Origin: Balanoglossus misakiensis
Taxonomy: Eukaryota > Animalia > Hemichordata
Assembly (NCBI GenBank): GCA_040954595.2
Contig: CM082590.2
Location: 9,239,764 to 9,303,763, forward strand
DNA length: 64,000 nucleotides
Reading direction: 5' to 3'
Below are positions 50,088-64,000 of the stretch, in pieces. The notes under the pieces were generated by a model that was given only the letters and a program-made list of their open reading frames with translations, was not told the origin of the DNA and ran no database searches. A program made the translations under genes and the position numbers. Numbering within the stretch: position 1 is the stretch's first letter; every line of letters starts with the position of its first letter.

Positions 50088-50201
50088 TACAGTCAAATCT
50101 CTGTATAGTGGCCACCTCTATATAGTGGCCACTTCGTGCTGTCTATAAAGGCCAATTTAGGAAAGTTCCTTGACTGGCCACTATAGACAGGTTCGACTGT
50201 A
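50088..50201. mobile_element. MITE family D short copy
   Basis: TACAGTCAAATC...GACAGGTTCGACTGTA. Confidence 0.8.
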
Positions 50202-50639
50202 GTACATGTACTATCATACTACATACTCTGAAGAAGCACACTCCATAAGATAAGAAAACTCAGAACTTTATTAGAGTTTCACATTAAATATCATCAAGCA
50301 CAGAATTTAATGATGAGTGTCTTCCTCATTACATGATATGGAGAAGGAGAGTGGACGATATCAATCTATGTAATGTCTGCCCCATCAAGAGGAAATCACT
50401 GATGCTTTGCAAAAGGAAGTCGATAAAATGGTTTATCTGTCATATTTATAAATGGTTCCATAAAGAGATGGATTGTGCAGTTCGGTTGTGATATTATAGG
50501 CAAGTGAGTAGGGTTAGTAAGCTGAGATTCTACTGGAGTGAGACTTCTATAGACCACTTCGCGGATAGAATAACGCAGGGTGTTGTGGGACAGTTTGCGT
50601 TCTGATCGCGTGAATTGGCCATGTACTAGACGCTATGTT

Positions 50640-50758
50640 GACTGACTGAATGAATGAATGAATGAATGAATGAATGAATGAATGAATAAATGACTGACTG
50701 ACTGAATGAACGAACGAACAAACGAACGAACGAACGAACGAACGAACGAATGAATGAA
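50640..50758. repeat. (GAAT)n/(GAAC)n microsatellite
   Basis: Direct reading. Confidence 0.9.
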
Positions 50759-51144
50759 ACAATTTAATACATTAGTATATACGTATAATACACAGAGACT
50801 GCCTGTCACCATTTACGTCCAATCAGTCAGAATTGTTTTATCAGATGCCGACAGAGTGAAACAATAACTCCTCACTCCTGTTTGCTGACCACTTAACAAG
50901 CGAGTCTGTAATGAAACGTTATGCCTTCGGTATATTTACATCATTTTATGGCACTGAAGCTTTTCTGGGATCCAAACTCGTTAAAACACAAGCAGTGTTT
51001 TCTCTCATGTATTGAATGACTGCATTTATAAGTGATGGAGGGGTTAACGACATTGATTATTAAAGTTCAAAGATGTTGTGGTTTCGGCCGGATCAGGTGT
51101 CTGAGTTCTCAGGATACCCACAATGCATCACTACCATGATCAAA

Positions 51145-51213
51145 TACAGTCAAACCTGTCTATAGTGGCCAGTCAAGGGACTTTCCTAAACTGGCCTTTA
51201 TAGACAGGTGGCC
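51145..51213. mobile_element. MITE family D left-end fragment running into a microsatellite
   Basis: TACAGTCAAACCTGTCTATAGTGGCCAGTCAAGGG. Confidence 0.75.
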
Positions 51214-51265
51214 TCCTCCTCCTCCTCCTCCTCCTCATCATCATCATCATCATCATCAACATCAA

Positions 51266-51300
<35 letters not shown>

Positions 51301-51382
51301 ACATCATCAACATCATCATCATCATCATCAACAACATCATCATCATCATCATCATCATCATCATAATCATCATCACCATCAT
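51212..51382. repeat. (CCT)n/(CAT)n microsatellite
   Basis: Direct reading. Confidence 0.95.
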
Positions 51383-52518
51383 TGATAAACAGAAAGACTA
51401 ATGCAGTGGTTGACAACTGCAAGTGCGTAAAGTCAAATTTGAACAGTTCCAGTGAAGTTTTTTAACTCCACAACAGAGACAAAATCAGTCTGAATTTCCA
51501 TATACCAAATGGGACCAAAAAATTCTAAAAACGTAGTGAACAGTTACAGCTAATGGAGCTTTGAGAAACACACCACATCACCAATTTCATTCCTATAAAT
51601 AAACTACACAAGAAACAAAGAAAGAAATTTGAAAAGACGCTCACTGAGTAGTCTTTTTATTCGCGAAGAGTAGATCGAGACAATTGATCTTTCAAAAGTG
51701 GCACAAAGACATCCCCGGACGATATAACAATTTTGGAATTAAGCAATCACAAAAATTGCTTTTAAAGGATTAACTAGATATTATCCAAGTCAGCATGTAG
51801 GATGCCAGGAGAAAGCATTGAACTCTTAAGAACGGTCGTGTCATCGCGTTACCACGACTCTAAAGCAAACAGATTATACATGGCAGTCTTTTATAGAACC
51901 TTTTAAATGTGAGACAAAATAGAAGAGCTTAATACAACGTTGAGTAAATAATAACACTTGGTATGTGTTATAATGCATACATTTCAGTTTGTAGATATCA
52001 AGAAATTGAAGTTCTTTCACTGGAATCTCAGGGACAGGGTTATTTAAACATGTACATGGTTTAAGCGCGTTTTATATTTCTCAAAAAGAGCCATTTTGAA
52101 ATTTAAAATATGAAAATTTCCATTATACATCAAAAACAACTATTCCTGAATCAAAACTGTTATTCAAATACCAAGATGTAATAATATCTTAATCTCTGAC
52201 ACAAAAGATTAATCTGTTGCTATGGTAACTATTTGATTAAGGAGGTAAAGTCAGAATATAATAACGCCACTTCCTATATTCTGCCATTAACTGGTGTGCT
52301 GAGGAAATAGTAGAGAATTTCAAACTCAAAAATAATAAGATAACCATGGCGACCATTTCCACTGTGTCAGTCATATTGATTGAACAGAGGAGAGCTTCGT
52401 GTTCGCAAATAAAACCCAAATCTAACACAGTACATTTACAGAAGATTAAATAATTAATGATATTTTTTCCGTGTTTTATAGAGAATCTCAGGTTGTCAAC
52501 CTTAGGGTTTATTTTACT

Positions 52519-52731
52519 TTAAAGGGAAGCGGTCGTCATGCCGCGTTTGTTTGTTTATAAACATTAGAGTTCATCCACAAATCTCTGAAATTAGATAATT
52601 CTTAGAATGATTGAAGCAGCCAACCGTAGCGTAGACTGGGCATGACAGCAACTGAAGGTTTGGGCTGGTATTGGAGGACATATTCTCATCAAGGGGGACA
52701 CCAACGCGGCGCGACGACCCCTTCCCTTTAA
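52519..52731 (-). mobile_element. MITE family C, reverse copy
   Basis: Reverse complement of 5130-5362 with an internal deletion; TTAA at both ends. Confidence 0.85.
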
Positions 52732-54282
52732 ACTCCACGGACTCTGTTTGTGGGGTACTAAAACTTAAAGCCTGCAACGACACTGGATGTATATAAAATT
52801 AATTTCCACTTCATCATTTACAGTAAGAATAGTACAATCAACAGCATTGGGAGCAATAAAAAGTGAACATCAAACATCGCGAACTCTGCTACGAAAAAGG
52901 GGAAGTTTCCTTTTTCTAACCGCGTTGCTCTTTTTTGACGAAATACGAAGTGATGGGCCGAGCGAATCCTTTTCGACCAATTCTGCCCTTCAGCCACGAT
53001 TCCATTTAACCTCATTCAAACAGCACTCAGGAATTCATTGTCGAGCTATTAAAGGGACTCTGTATAGCGGCCCAGTCGCAAACACGCCCCCAAGAACGGG
53101 ATAACGTCGCCAATTACGCCCTATTATGCATTCGCCCCCTGTCAAACCAACAACTGGCAACATCGCCACGAGCCTATATTACACACTCATCACTCCCAAT
53201 AAGCGAACCAAACAAAAGGGCTTCGGCAAACACCCCATCCTGGCTCTTCCTCGTCACAAATTTTCTGACAATAAAGCAAGTACTAAGAGATCCCCAGCCG
53301 TCAAACTCAATAGCAAAGTGTGCAAACACATGGATAATCACACCAATACATTCTTTACAAATTCTCTATGTTTGCTCAAACCTAAATTAGTAAAACACAC
53401 AAAATATACCTGCAAGGGTGCGGTGAGCAGATTTCTATGTAGCTAAATGCGTGCATGTTACGAGCGTTTCTTTTTTCGCGGATAACAAAAAAATGATTTA
53501 ACGCTGCTCATATTTCATTCTGATTATGGAGCAATGTACATACGATTGTTTTAGAGCAGTCCTCTACCTTCATCAAGATAACGACAGCTAGCTACATACA
53601 GCTAAGCAGAATGAGGAAAAATAAACGAAAAATTACAGAATATTTGATATTTGCAAAGCAATATCAGTGACAAATATATTTCCAGTTAAAATCACAAAAG
53701 TATATTTGATCATTACAACATTTTGATCGCACATGATAACAAATGTGTAATTAACATTTTTCTTCACATTTATCTCATTTCGGGCATTTGGTTACTTTCA
53801 TCAAAAATTTTGATCAAACAGTTGAGTTACAAAATCCTATACAGAAAATTTCTGCTTTAAACCCAGTGGATAACCTACAAATAAATGTGAACATGACCGT
53901 GGAAGCACAGGCCGTAATTTGATCTTATATTTTTCGTTTTATTCCCATTTCTATTATTTTTTTATTATTCCATCACTCCAAAAGGGCACTTGGTGTAATT
54001 ATACGCAAAAGTAATCATTGTTTATTTGATGATGAAAATGATACTGTAAATCAAGAAATCTTATCTATCGATGCAAATTAGTCCCCGATCTACATTTGTA
54101 ATAATTTCTGTTTTCCATCCAACCACTCGAGATTCCGACAACCCTTGCGCGAAATCTTTCATTCTCAACAATCACTGCAGCTGCCCTCAGCCTTTTGACG
54201 GACGAAAACCCAATTATGTATCGGCATGGCAACCTTTTCACCGCATAATTAATTCGCCTTCACGGAAAACCGGCAAACTCAC

Positions 54283-54400
54283 AAGCGGCGAGTCAGAAGT
54301 CATTTAATCTTGAATTTCTCGTCGTTTGTGAAAAGCGGGTCCTCGTCCTCGTCGTTGTTCGAACGAAATACAAGACAAGTGCTCCAGAGAGACAACCTCG
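54283..54400 (-). promoter_or_regulatory. Probable non-coding first exon / CpG-rich promoter of talin (5' boundary approximate)
   Basis: Locally CpG-dense segment ending in a GTGAGT donor (54277-54282); the ATG exon has its own acceptor, so an upstream UTR exon is required. Confidence 0.5.
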
Positions 54401-56897
54401 GGAAGAAAAAAAAACATTGATTGCTGAATAATTGTAGCGGACAATTTACTTGATTTGGGTAATAAAGGGCAGCAATTACTTCATTTTGAACAAAACAGCT
54501 CTTAGACATCATTATTGGTGGCAATCAGTCGCAACCGATGCGCGGACCGAACACTAGGACCTCTTATTGCTGTTACAATTCTACGCAGATCAGGCAATTG
54601 CGATGATATTCAGCTTTATTCCACGTAGATCAGGAATCGCGATGTTTCCCCTGATATTTGCTTCAGTTCGACTACCTTTCAAATCTGATATTTGAGGATG
54701 TACGATTAGTAAAATCGAAAGTATAGTTATTTCTTTATTTGCTGATTTTTTAAATCTCTTTTATATCAAAAATGTTTTTAATGGATCACTGCAGATCTAA
54801 ATTCCGATCTGGACTAGTTGGCAATTGGACATGTTTTAGTCAGTACAACAAGAAACAGTAGTTGTTGAACAGAACAGTAAAATAATCATCCAAAGTTACA
54901 GTTACTGTCCCCTTAAAAAAACTGTCAATGAACTCTGTCACTTCGATTTGCTGATACCCCATCACAAACATTTCACCGCATTCTTAAAATCTTTTAAACT
55001 TTAACCTGAGAGACAAAAGCACACTTGCAAGACAATTTTAATGCCATTTTAAGGAGTTGAAGAGGAACGATTGAAAGCTAGTTGTTTGATTGACTGAAAT
55101 GACATGTTGTGGAAATAATCAGTTTGGAGTGTTTCTGCTGACAATGACAGATCTGATGTTTCAACCTTTCAACATTCCAGGAAGTTCTCTCTAAAGTAAT
55201 TCCAATTTTCAGAAATTCCACGTTGTCTATCATCCATTTATGACACATAAATGCACTGTGGTTATCTGTGGCTGCTGATTGGCTAATGACTGACCATCTG
55301 ACTGATCACGTGATGACATCATATAATTCCTGGCTTGTCATTGGTCAATCTGGCCTTTGAAACAAAAGCTCCAAATGTAACAAATCTTCCTATTGGCGTT
55401 CAACTGACTGATCACATGATACTGATTAGCAATCAGGTTGTTGAATCTACATCACTCACTAACAGACACTATGTACAGCAAAGGGGAAACACTATTGGAT
55501 CAAGTATAATTCATAACATGCACCTTTGTGTCGATGAAAAATCGCTAATTGACCACTTGACACCAGTTGCCCTTCTGAAATGCTTCACAAAAACCCAAAC
55601 CAACCAAGACTCAAGAAGCATCTGCTCATTTAAAAATTATCGTAAAAGCCATGACTCCATTTTACTTTTTCAAAAACTTCTTAAGTGCACATTCACGAAT
55701 GTTAAATCAACCCCTGCTCGCTGAAAAACCACCGCCTGTCACTTCGAATCTCCACCCCTGTGAAGAAAATGAGCCGGCCTTAATTATTTAAATGGATATG
55801 CACACACTGCTCGTTCCATTCTGCAAAGAAGGGGGCCTTGACCAAGTCACCCCCTCTCTGACCCAACAATTTACGCAAACTGACAGAGCGTAAATAATTC
55901 CAGAACTGACATGTGTGTCTCGGAAGTCTGCATGTCTCCTATAACAGCTTAGAAACAGCAAAACCATGAAATTTTGACATTATTTTGATGACAACCTTCC
56001 ATTCCACAGAATGCATGCTGAACATTAAAAACTACCGTAGAAAGTTTCACACAAAAATCTGGGAAGAACACTGGTATTTATCAAAATTTGATAAAATATG
56101 TGGAAAAAGTTATGGGGGTTTATTTTTTGAACGATGACAATAACTCGACTGTGGTGCTGAAAGGGTTAAATACAGCAAGTAAAAGCGATGTGTAATGTAT
56201 GTATTCAGATGTGTATACCCAAGAATGCAACTAGACCAAGGAGTTTGTCAAATTCCACAAAAATTCCCGGAAAAAGCTAAACTATATCTCTATCTTTACA
56301 AGGTCAATGTCACTTTGAGAAATATCAAAATTACTTCCTGTAAATTGTGATCCAAGCCTTCGATTTAGGAGAGATCATCCGGGATTTTTAACAAGAAATG
56401 GATGCATTTTTCCACCGGAATCCCGTTCCCAACCAATCCCTACAGACTCCATGACAAAGCTGGCAGATTACGTCTTAATGAAATGAACAAATTTACCTGA
56501 ATTAATTAAGCCATCTCTTCGCGTTCTACACAGACTCGTCACCGAGGATGCTCACGTCTCCCGACGGACCGTGTAAACTCGCGCCGCAAATTTTAATTAT
56601 GTACGGAGTCTGGGAATAAAGTCTTCAATTTGGATGCCTTATTTATGCCCGTCACAGGGTATTAATTAATTATGGATTGTTGCCACATGAGCAGGCATTC
56701 CTTCGGGGGTTTGTATGTCCAGTTTCGTCTCGCACTGTCGTGTCACTGCCAAATTGTTCGGATTTATTTAAAGCCCCTGAGCTGCCAAATTTCACATATT
56801 TTTTTCCTCAATAAAATACTTCCAATATATTCCCTATCCTTTGAAATCCCCACCATTAAGCCATATTACTTGCATTTGCATCAGTTTGTCATCTTTT

Positions 56898-57000
56898 GAA
56901 CGAAAGAACGAATGAACGGACGAATATGAACGAATGGATGGATGGATGGATGGACGAATGAATGAATGAATGAATGAATGAATGAACAAATGAATGAATG
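56898..57000. repeat. (GAAC)/(GATG)/(GAAT) microsatellite
   Basis: Direct reading. Confidence 0.85.
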
Positions 57001-59138
57001 TAAGAGGCTGAACTCATGCCGGCAAACGATAATACATACAAAATGCACTCACATGCACACACTGGGATGTGCTCATTACTGGAAACAGATCTCGGCTTAA
57101 TTAGATTAGATTCTAATTACCTATACTTCACAATTAGTGTTTAATTACCTACAAAAGTAAATTAGCAGAGACATATTCTGTTTTTGGAGTCACGTATTTA
57201 CCGAACCATGTCTGACAAATCCATAGGGATAATCTGGTTAGGGCATTTACATATATACCAAGCATGAATATTCCTAAAGGAAGCATAAAATACTTAAATC
57301 TTTTCCTGCTATCCTTAGCCATTGAAAAACACCATCTTGAATTTGTGAAGATTCTATTAGGCATGTGTGCATACCACAATGACCATGTGCACTTGCAATA
57401 GTTCAAGAGGCTGAATAAACTGGTGTGGCACCCATTTATCTTTTACTAGTTGAACAGCCACAATCAGGAGTTAATGAAATATGTTTGTCTATATGCGTCA
57501 GGAAGCTTTAAGTGCACCAATCTAAGTTTCAGAGTAAAAATCATGACAATAATGCAAAAAGTGGCAGTTTCTGGGGCTTTAAACACACCACTGAATAAGC
57601 AAATTACAACCACTGTCGTCATTAATTTCCCAACTCCTTCAAAGTACTGTGGCCCTTTAACCCTTCACACCCAGACCTCCAGGACGTGAACGTTCCCGCT
57701 AGGTTCAAAAGATTAAACTACTTACAATCGTAAATTTGAACACCCTCGCCGAACGATGTGCAAATTTATGTCGCAGTTGAACCCTGGAGCGAACACGTAC
57801 ATAGCAGGTCGCGCCATTCTACGCACAAGTACACGATAAGTACAAGTACCTAACCCAACTTCCATGATCTAAACTTCCATAATGTACCCCAAGTCTGATA
57901 TCTGAACAGCCATTTTTGTCTTTTTAGAAGTACAACCTGATTAAACTATGCAAGAAAAATTAACACAGAAATAGGAATTATTTTACGAAATACCTTAGAC
58001 ACCACATCAATTTGCATCCCGATAGAGAAGAATTTTTGTATAGTAGAGGCGGTGGTCAGATGAATATTTCCAGAAACTGGTTCCTGATATAACTCAAACA
58101 TCCTTATTTACATTTTATATACATGTACATGATCCTGTACATTTTTATTTGACCTTTGAACTTATTTCCTCCGTATACATCATTATCGACTTCCTAAACG
58201 CACTCTAGAAGTGTCCTTGACATATGACATCGTCAGAAGGTTAAATTCAGAAGAGTTTATTAACATCACTGCCGAACACAGATCCATCAGCTGACCTCTT
58301 ATATCACTGTATCGAACGTATATTACAAAGTGTCTATATTCTCAATAAAAATAAAAATTTCTATCGTTGAAATGACAGTCTGCACATATTTTTCAATTAG
58401 CCGCCACATCTGTCTAATCTAATTTCCAATGCATGGGAATTTCCCGCTCATTAGATTTAATCCACGATAAATTTGCATGCAAATTCACACCGAAATAGTC
58501 AACCAATCAATCACTGTCACCAAATAATAAATTTAATGACCTGGGAGTCAACATAATCCAATATAACCCTGGATGGGGTCACAGGTCATGTAAGAATGGG
58601 GTCATCTGTGAGGGACACCAACACAATATTATTACACCGTAATACACGTAACAGGTTTCTTTCTAAAACGACAAAGACTCAAAACATCTAAAAGTAGTAG
58701 ATATTACAGCAATGTTTTTCTTCATGGAAATCATCTTTTTTCTCTCAAATTTCCATCATGTTTTAGTCAAATACTGATAGCTGTAGTATCACTATGTTTC
58801 TTGCTACCAAGACAACAGAAGATGTGAAAGAGCTCACACTGATGACAATAGACTTGTCCAGTTTCCTTGTGTGTGTATGCATCTTTATTTCTCACAACCA
58901 GAACATCGTATTATCAATGACAATGTACAGTTTGCAGGCAAAAACACAGTGGACAGAAATGCTGCCCTCCAGTGGCAAGTTCCAGAACACAAGTTCATGT
59001 GACACTTGTCAATCAATTCCAATCAATTAGATAGACAGCCCATTCAGCTGGCTCTACAACTTCATCTCCTGCAGGGAATACTCAAATGACATCATCAACA
59101 AAGTCAACAAGTTCAATCGACTCAGACTGTCTGATCTC

Positions 59139-59260
59139 TTAAAGGGACAAAGCCTCTCTCTCTCTCTCTCTCGCTGCACTGTTTTCATTAATTATGTTTG
59201 ATACAAGACACAGTTTATGTTATGTGGTTATGTAGTGAATCAGTGGACTAAAACACAAAG
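59139..59260. mobile_element. MITE family B, truncated copy
   Basis: TTAAAGGGACAAAGCCTCTCTC...TTTGATACAAGACAC; right boundary approximate. Confidence 0.7.
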
Positions 59261-61540
59261 TTCTCTTGACTTCAAGTATGTTGTTCACAAAACAAAACTT
59301 TGTTGACCATGATGAAACAGAACATTTCCTCATCCAATATAAATGGATGCAAGACCTTTACAAGGGAGCAAACATATTATGATATAGACATATTTCTTCG
59401 AAATATATGTGCTTGCAAGCAATCATGAGGAAAGTACTTTTACTCGACGCTTGTGTTCTGATGCAAGGAATATATAATACTTGCTCCAGGGGAATCTGGT
59501 ACTTACTTAATCAAAATCCGCAAATTTAATTTTCTGATGAAAGAACACGCAAGGCAGTCAAACTTGATTGAATGCGTCCATTCTCCTTCTCTCACGCAGA
59601 GCAAATATTCAAACGATGAGATGTACGTAATTTTTCAGGGTACGTAACTTTTTATACATATACCATTCATTGCTGCACTTTAGGGGAATATGTGACTACA
59701 AGTCATGCAGTTATTTTTCAGGGAAATGTTACTTTCTAAATTTATGAATCATATATTTGGAGTGTTTCGTTGTCACTGCAGTGTTAATTATGAATGGAAA
59801 AGACTTTTAACAAAACTGTTAATTTGATTATGATGAATTCAGTAATTTAAGAATGGTGATTGGGTTCGTTATGCTTGAGCTTGTCACACCTCGTGCATGG
59901 CGTGGTCATTAATTAGCGAATACTATTGCTACACTTCGTTTCAGCTACCATGATTAAGTTTTGGATCAAATCTACGCATTTAATTGGGTAATTTGATTGT
60001 GGAAATTTGCATGTTTCAAAGGTGGAAATGTGAGTATACGTATATCAATGAAAATACATGTATATCTGTTGAGGTGGTATGTTCACAGCCCCCTCTCTGG
60101 TAAGACCACGCATTCTACAAGTCGCAGACATCTAGCTGGGAAAAGTCTTAAACTTCAAGAAACCCTTCTTACAGCAGTCATTACTTCAAATCATTTTAAT
60201 GCTATCATCTAGAACAAATATCCATTTTTCTCAACACTGGTGTTTTATTGAGGAAAATCTACATTAGTATTTGATTGTGCAGTATCTTGGCAACAGACAC
60301 GCAACTGAAGTGGTTGGCGCCCTCTACAGTTCATCCAACAAGATACTTTTGTATGCTTTCCGCAGATTGTCAAGTTTCCCGTCTCCACTGTCGCTTATCA
60401 TTTTTTCCCTGCTCAAGTTCCAGGAATGAGCAAACACAGGCAAAAATCTGGAATCAGCCAGGCCTTGATACCAGACTTGTACACAACCTCCAGCCAACTG
60501 ATATTTTAATATCACAACATATAAGCCTGTCGTGTCACGCAACTCTATTCAACATCAAGTTTAAAACAAACAACACACAATTCAATTATACAAGGTTTCC
60601 TAACAACTGTGTAGTGATTCAGTTACAAACTTTGCTCATTAGTTGAACAAACAAAACATATGGATCCAGTATTAAGAGGACAGCTTCTGCATTTAATTGC
60701 ATGTAAGTGCAATGGCCTTGGAACAGGCAAAACTGACAGAGACTGAAACCACACATTCTCAAGACACGCTGTCACGACCGAGTGCAGACATCACCTGAAA
60801 CTGGGTCACCCCAACTGTTTTTATTTATTCATGAGGTCCCACAGAGGTCGACCATCTGAAAACCCTTGAGAAACTAAACTGACGTGTATTTGAGTAGTTG
60901 AGACTCACAATAAGGAAGTCCTTTGAAGTCACACAGCTCCTTCAAGACATCCTGACAGATTTTCCCACGCCATGACAATCGCCACCATGGATCTTTAAAC
61001 TTTCAAAGTTTTTGAGATCTGACAAATTATTCTATACACGCATATTTTCCATTCACCAAATGCATAGATTTATTTACACAGCTGACTTACGACCTTGCCT
61101 GACCTTTGACAAATCTCAAAACCCCGACAGCCTGCAATAACCCATTCCAGAGGTGGCCAGGGCAACCGAGCTGCCATGGATACTGTATTTATGATGCTCC
61201 ATACGAGATCATCTCAGAATATAATCCCATAAACGTCAAACTAAAAATGAACAAGAGTGGCTTTTACAACGAAAAGTGGTCCATTTAAAACAAGTGCTTC
61301 TTCATCACTCGGATGAGGTCGAAGGTCACTGTTGATGTTTCGAGGGGCCACACAGAAGGTTCCTTGATGGAAATAGACATCACAATACACCATCACATGG
61401 AGACCCCACACTTCACACTTACACTTTATTTCCCACATAAATTTCTAAGTCATCACACTGCAGACGTCTTGAGTGGGGTTCTCACATTGTACACGCAATG
61501 AAAATTGTTACACTGCTGTCCCACTCCTAAAGTTCTCCAA

Positions 61541-61612
61541 TGTGAAATTGCACAGGGACTGTAACAAAGTGGCCACTATATAGAGGTGGCCACTAACACA
61601 GGTTTGACTGTA
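61541..61612. mobile_element. MITE family D right-end fragment
   Basis: GTAACAAAGTGGCCACTATA...ACAGGTTTGACTGTA, matches 6885-6940. Confidence 0.75.
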
Positions 61613-64000
61613 TATACCAGGTATGAGACGAAACACTGGCCCCTATCAACTGTTTCTGAAGTTAAGATTTCTGTGAAATGGTACATCGAAAGAGATTTCT
61701 CGACAACGTCAGTTTCAAAGTAAACACACGTAATACGCCCTCTATGGTTCATTTCAAAAACAAGTTCAAAGGTTACGACAGGAATGTAGTACACATATGT
61801 GTTTCGACTAATGACCTAGCCAGCAACACATGTATAACAATTCATACGCTTCAACGATTTTTTGAAATTGTCACGGGAGTTCTCTGGGTCAGTGATTCAC
61901 AATATCAACATACCCCAAGCGTCCCATCTGAGATGCAGACGTACTAGTGGGTCAAATTTAATGAGGAATGACAGAACAGGTGTACATCTAATTCCCTACA
62001 AAGAGAGCTGGCTTTCAAACAATGTGCACTTGGGTAGCGAGAAATCAAGCTTGAAGTTGAACAAATATTATCTTTTCATTTTTAGCCATATGTTTAACCG
62101 AACTGTCATGTCAAACATCCTGGTACCTGGCATTAGATATGTGAGTGGTTGGAAGTACAAGTACAAACCCCTGGACCTATTTCAGACCATTTTTTCTCTC
62201 AAAAATATACCCTATTTTAGACCAATTACTGGGCATGTATGTTTTACCGTTGGCCCTACAAGGCTCCATCGTTAATCCACGTTGAATCAGCAGAATCAGA
62301 AACGAAATGAAACCGAGAAATGTGACTTAAACATAGCGAATAAAGACAGAACTACTTTAAAGACGCAGTATATGTATTGGCAAATACAGTAAGAAGTATG
62401 GTAGTACTTTGAGAGTTTGAGAGCCCAATGTGTGTTTAGTTTTGTCCACGTACGTGCCACGCAATCTAACTGTCCCAGGGTATAGAATTTCTTTCCAACA
62501 ACTTCAGGTCGAAATCAGCAAATGAATGCTTACACGTAGCGTGATACAAAGCAAATGGAAATACCATGTTAACACTAAGTCCATATTCTATCACACTTCT
62601 TTTAGTTATACAGCGACACGCCACACGTACTCTCTGAATGAAACCAATCAACTCGCCACATGTGAATTTGCGCCAGTTGCCCGACAATTACGCAGTAAAT
62701 CAACCGTCTGATCACGTTGTAACTAAAACGACAACCGTCCGAAAACCGTCGAATCACACAAACCATCTAATTTGTGTATGAAAAGATATGCATATTAACA
62801 ATATACGTATGAAAGAAGAAACCCTGTTGAGAGTTCGAATTTATACTTTTCGTATACAAATAAGTTACAAATGGTGCGTCGTTTGCATATATTTACATAT
62901 GACAAGGAGTGACTCAATCTTGCTTCATTTACATTTACTGGACCCCATACTTCACGATAATCTGCATATGTCGTGTTTCGATACAAGATTTCAACATTCT
63001 CTCTATTACTACTGTAAAATGTCAAATTCTTCAAGATAACAGTAAACTGTGAACTGTATCAATTCAATTTTAATGTCATATTGATGGTTTGGTTTGATTT
63101 TTCGGAGGAGAGGTACTTTTCATGATAATTAAGAGTGTCTTTTACATTTTTCGTAGAATACATTTTATATCTTGGCCTTGATCTTAATCAACTGAACCCT
63201 TCCATGAATAAATGATCTATTTCTATACAACAACAGCTGTGGCATCTGTTGAAATTTCAAAAATTACGATCACAGAAGTAGATGATCAAATAAAATACAG
63301 CAGACAGGATGTTCTTTTACGATTCACCGTTAATATCAATATTTACCTTTCAAATATCGGTCATAAAATTTTCATGTCCAAAAATTCAGAAATATGGTCG
63401 TTGTTCCACATTAGATCACTTTATAAGAACTGAAATCAAGCGATAAAACAGCCATCCATTAAAGAATTTTTCATACACCTTTGTTAATAAAAGTAAAGAA
63501 TTATTGCCTAGAAGCATGCGAAAAATGTTAATGTTTTTATTTCATTTTAGCTTCCAGTTTTACTACCGATAAAATATGTGATTATTTGGTGGAATGTGTG
63601 GTGAACATGTGATTAAAATTACAATTCACAAAGTAAATACCAGAGTTTAGCAAACATGACGAGACTGTTGAACCTGTACTGTACACACCACATAAGAGAA
63701 ATCAGCTGAGCAGAAAGTCATTAGATGAATTATGTAAGCTCCAGTATTATTCCACATGAAATGAGCAAATATCAGATTTAAAATGCCTCTTTCGTATTCA
63801 GTGTTGACAAGGTACAAACATTTTGGTGGTGTGACAATATGGATAACTGCAGGGGTATGATCTGGGCAGGATGTTGCACCATCTGATATAATGGCCACTA
63901 TTGGCCACAAGCATAAGATCTGTATTATTCCACATGGCACAATGAAAGTAACAGTGCCCAGACCATTTATCAAAAGACAAGGAAACCATATGTGACTGCA

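Noticed and set aside
1-64000. Canonical miR-190, normally hosted in talin introns
   Set aside because: I saw no GATATGTTTGATAT-type mature sequence on the minus strand by eye. The host intron is expected in the 3' part of the gene, outside this window.

Overview
This is AT-rich, intron-rich animal genomic DNA, not prokaryotic. An invertebrate deuterostome such as a hemichordate is an inference from the protein sequence and repeat style. The window is dominated by one minus-strand gene, talin (TLN/rhea). I traced 28 GT-AG coding exons by hand from the ATG at 49867 down to 2773. All splice phases join into one open frame of 3735 nt (1245 aa) covering FERM F0-F3, the linker, rod R1-R5 and helix 1 of R6. 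The gene runs off the left edge. A probable CpG-rich non-coding first exon lies near 54283-54400. Introns carry several MITE families (TTAA-flanked piggyBac-like and Kolobok-like, TA-flanked Tc1/mariner-like), minisatellites and microsatellites. The best leads are in the unusually long rod intron at 1-2772: an in-frame 105-nt candidate cassette exon (1385-1489) flanked by UGCAUG motifs, and a ~92-nt hairpin (405-496) whose mismatches resolve as G:U pairs only on the transcribed strand. Other leads are a Thr-to-Ala change in the R3 threonine belt, a candidate internal promoter for a head-less isoform, and very large motif-rich introns around tiny F1 exons. Comparisons with human talin-1 and with miR-190 are from memory, not from an alignment. 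I found no CRISPR, RNA gene or autonomous transposon.
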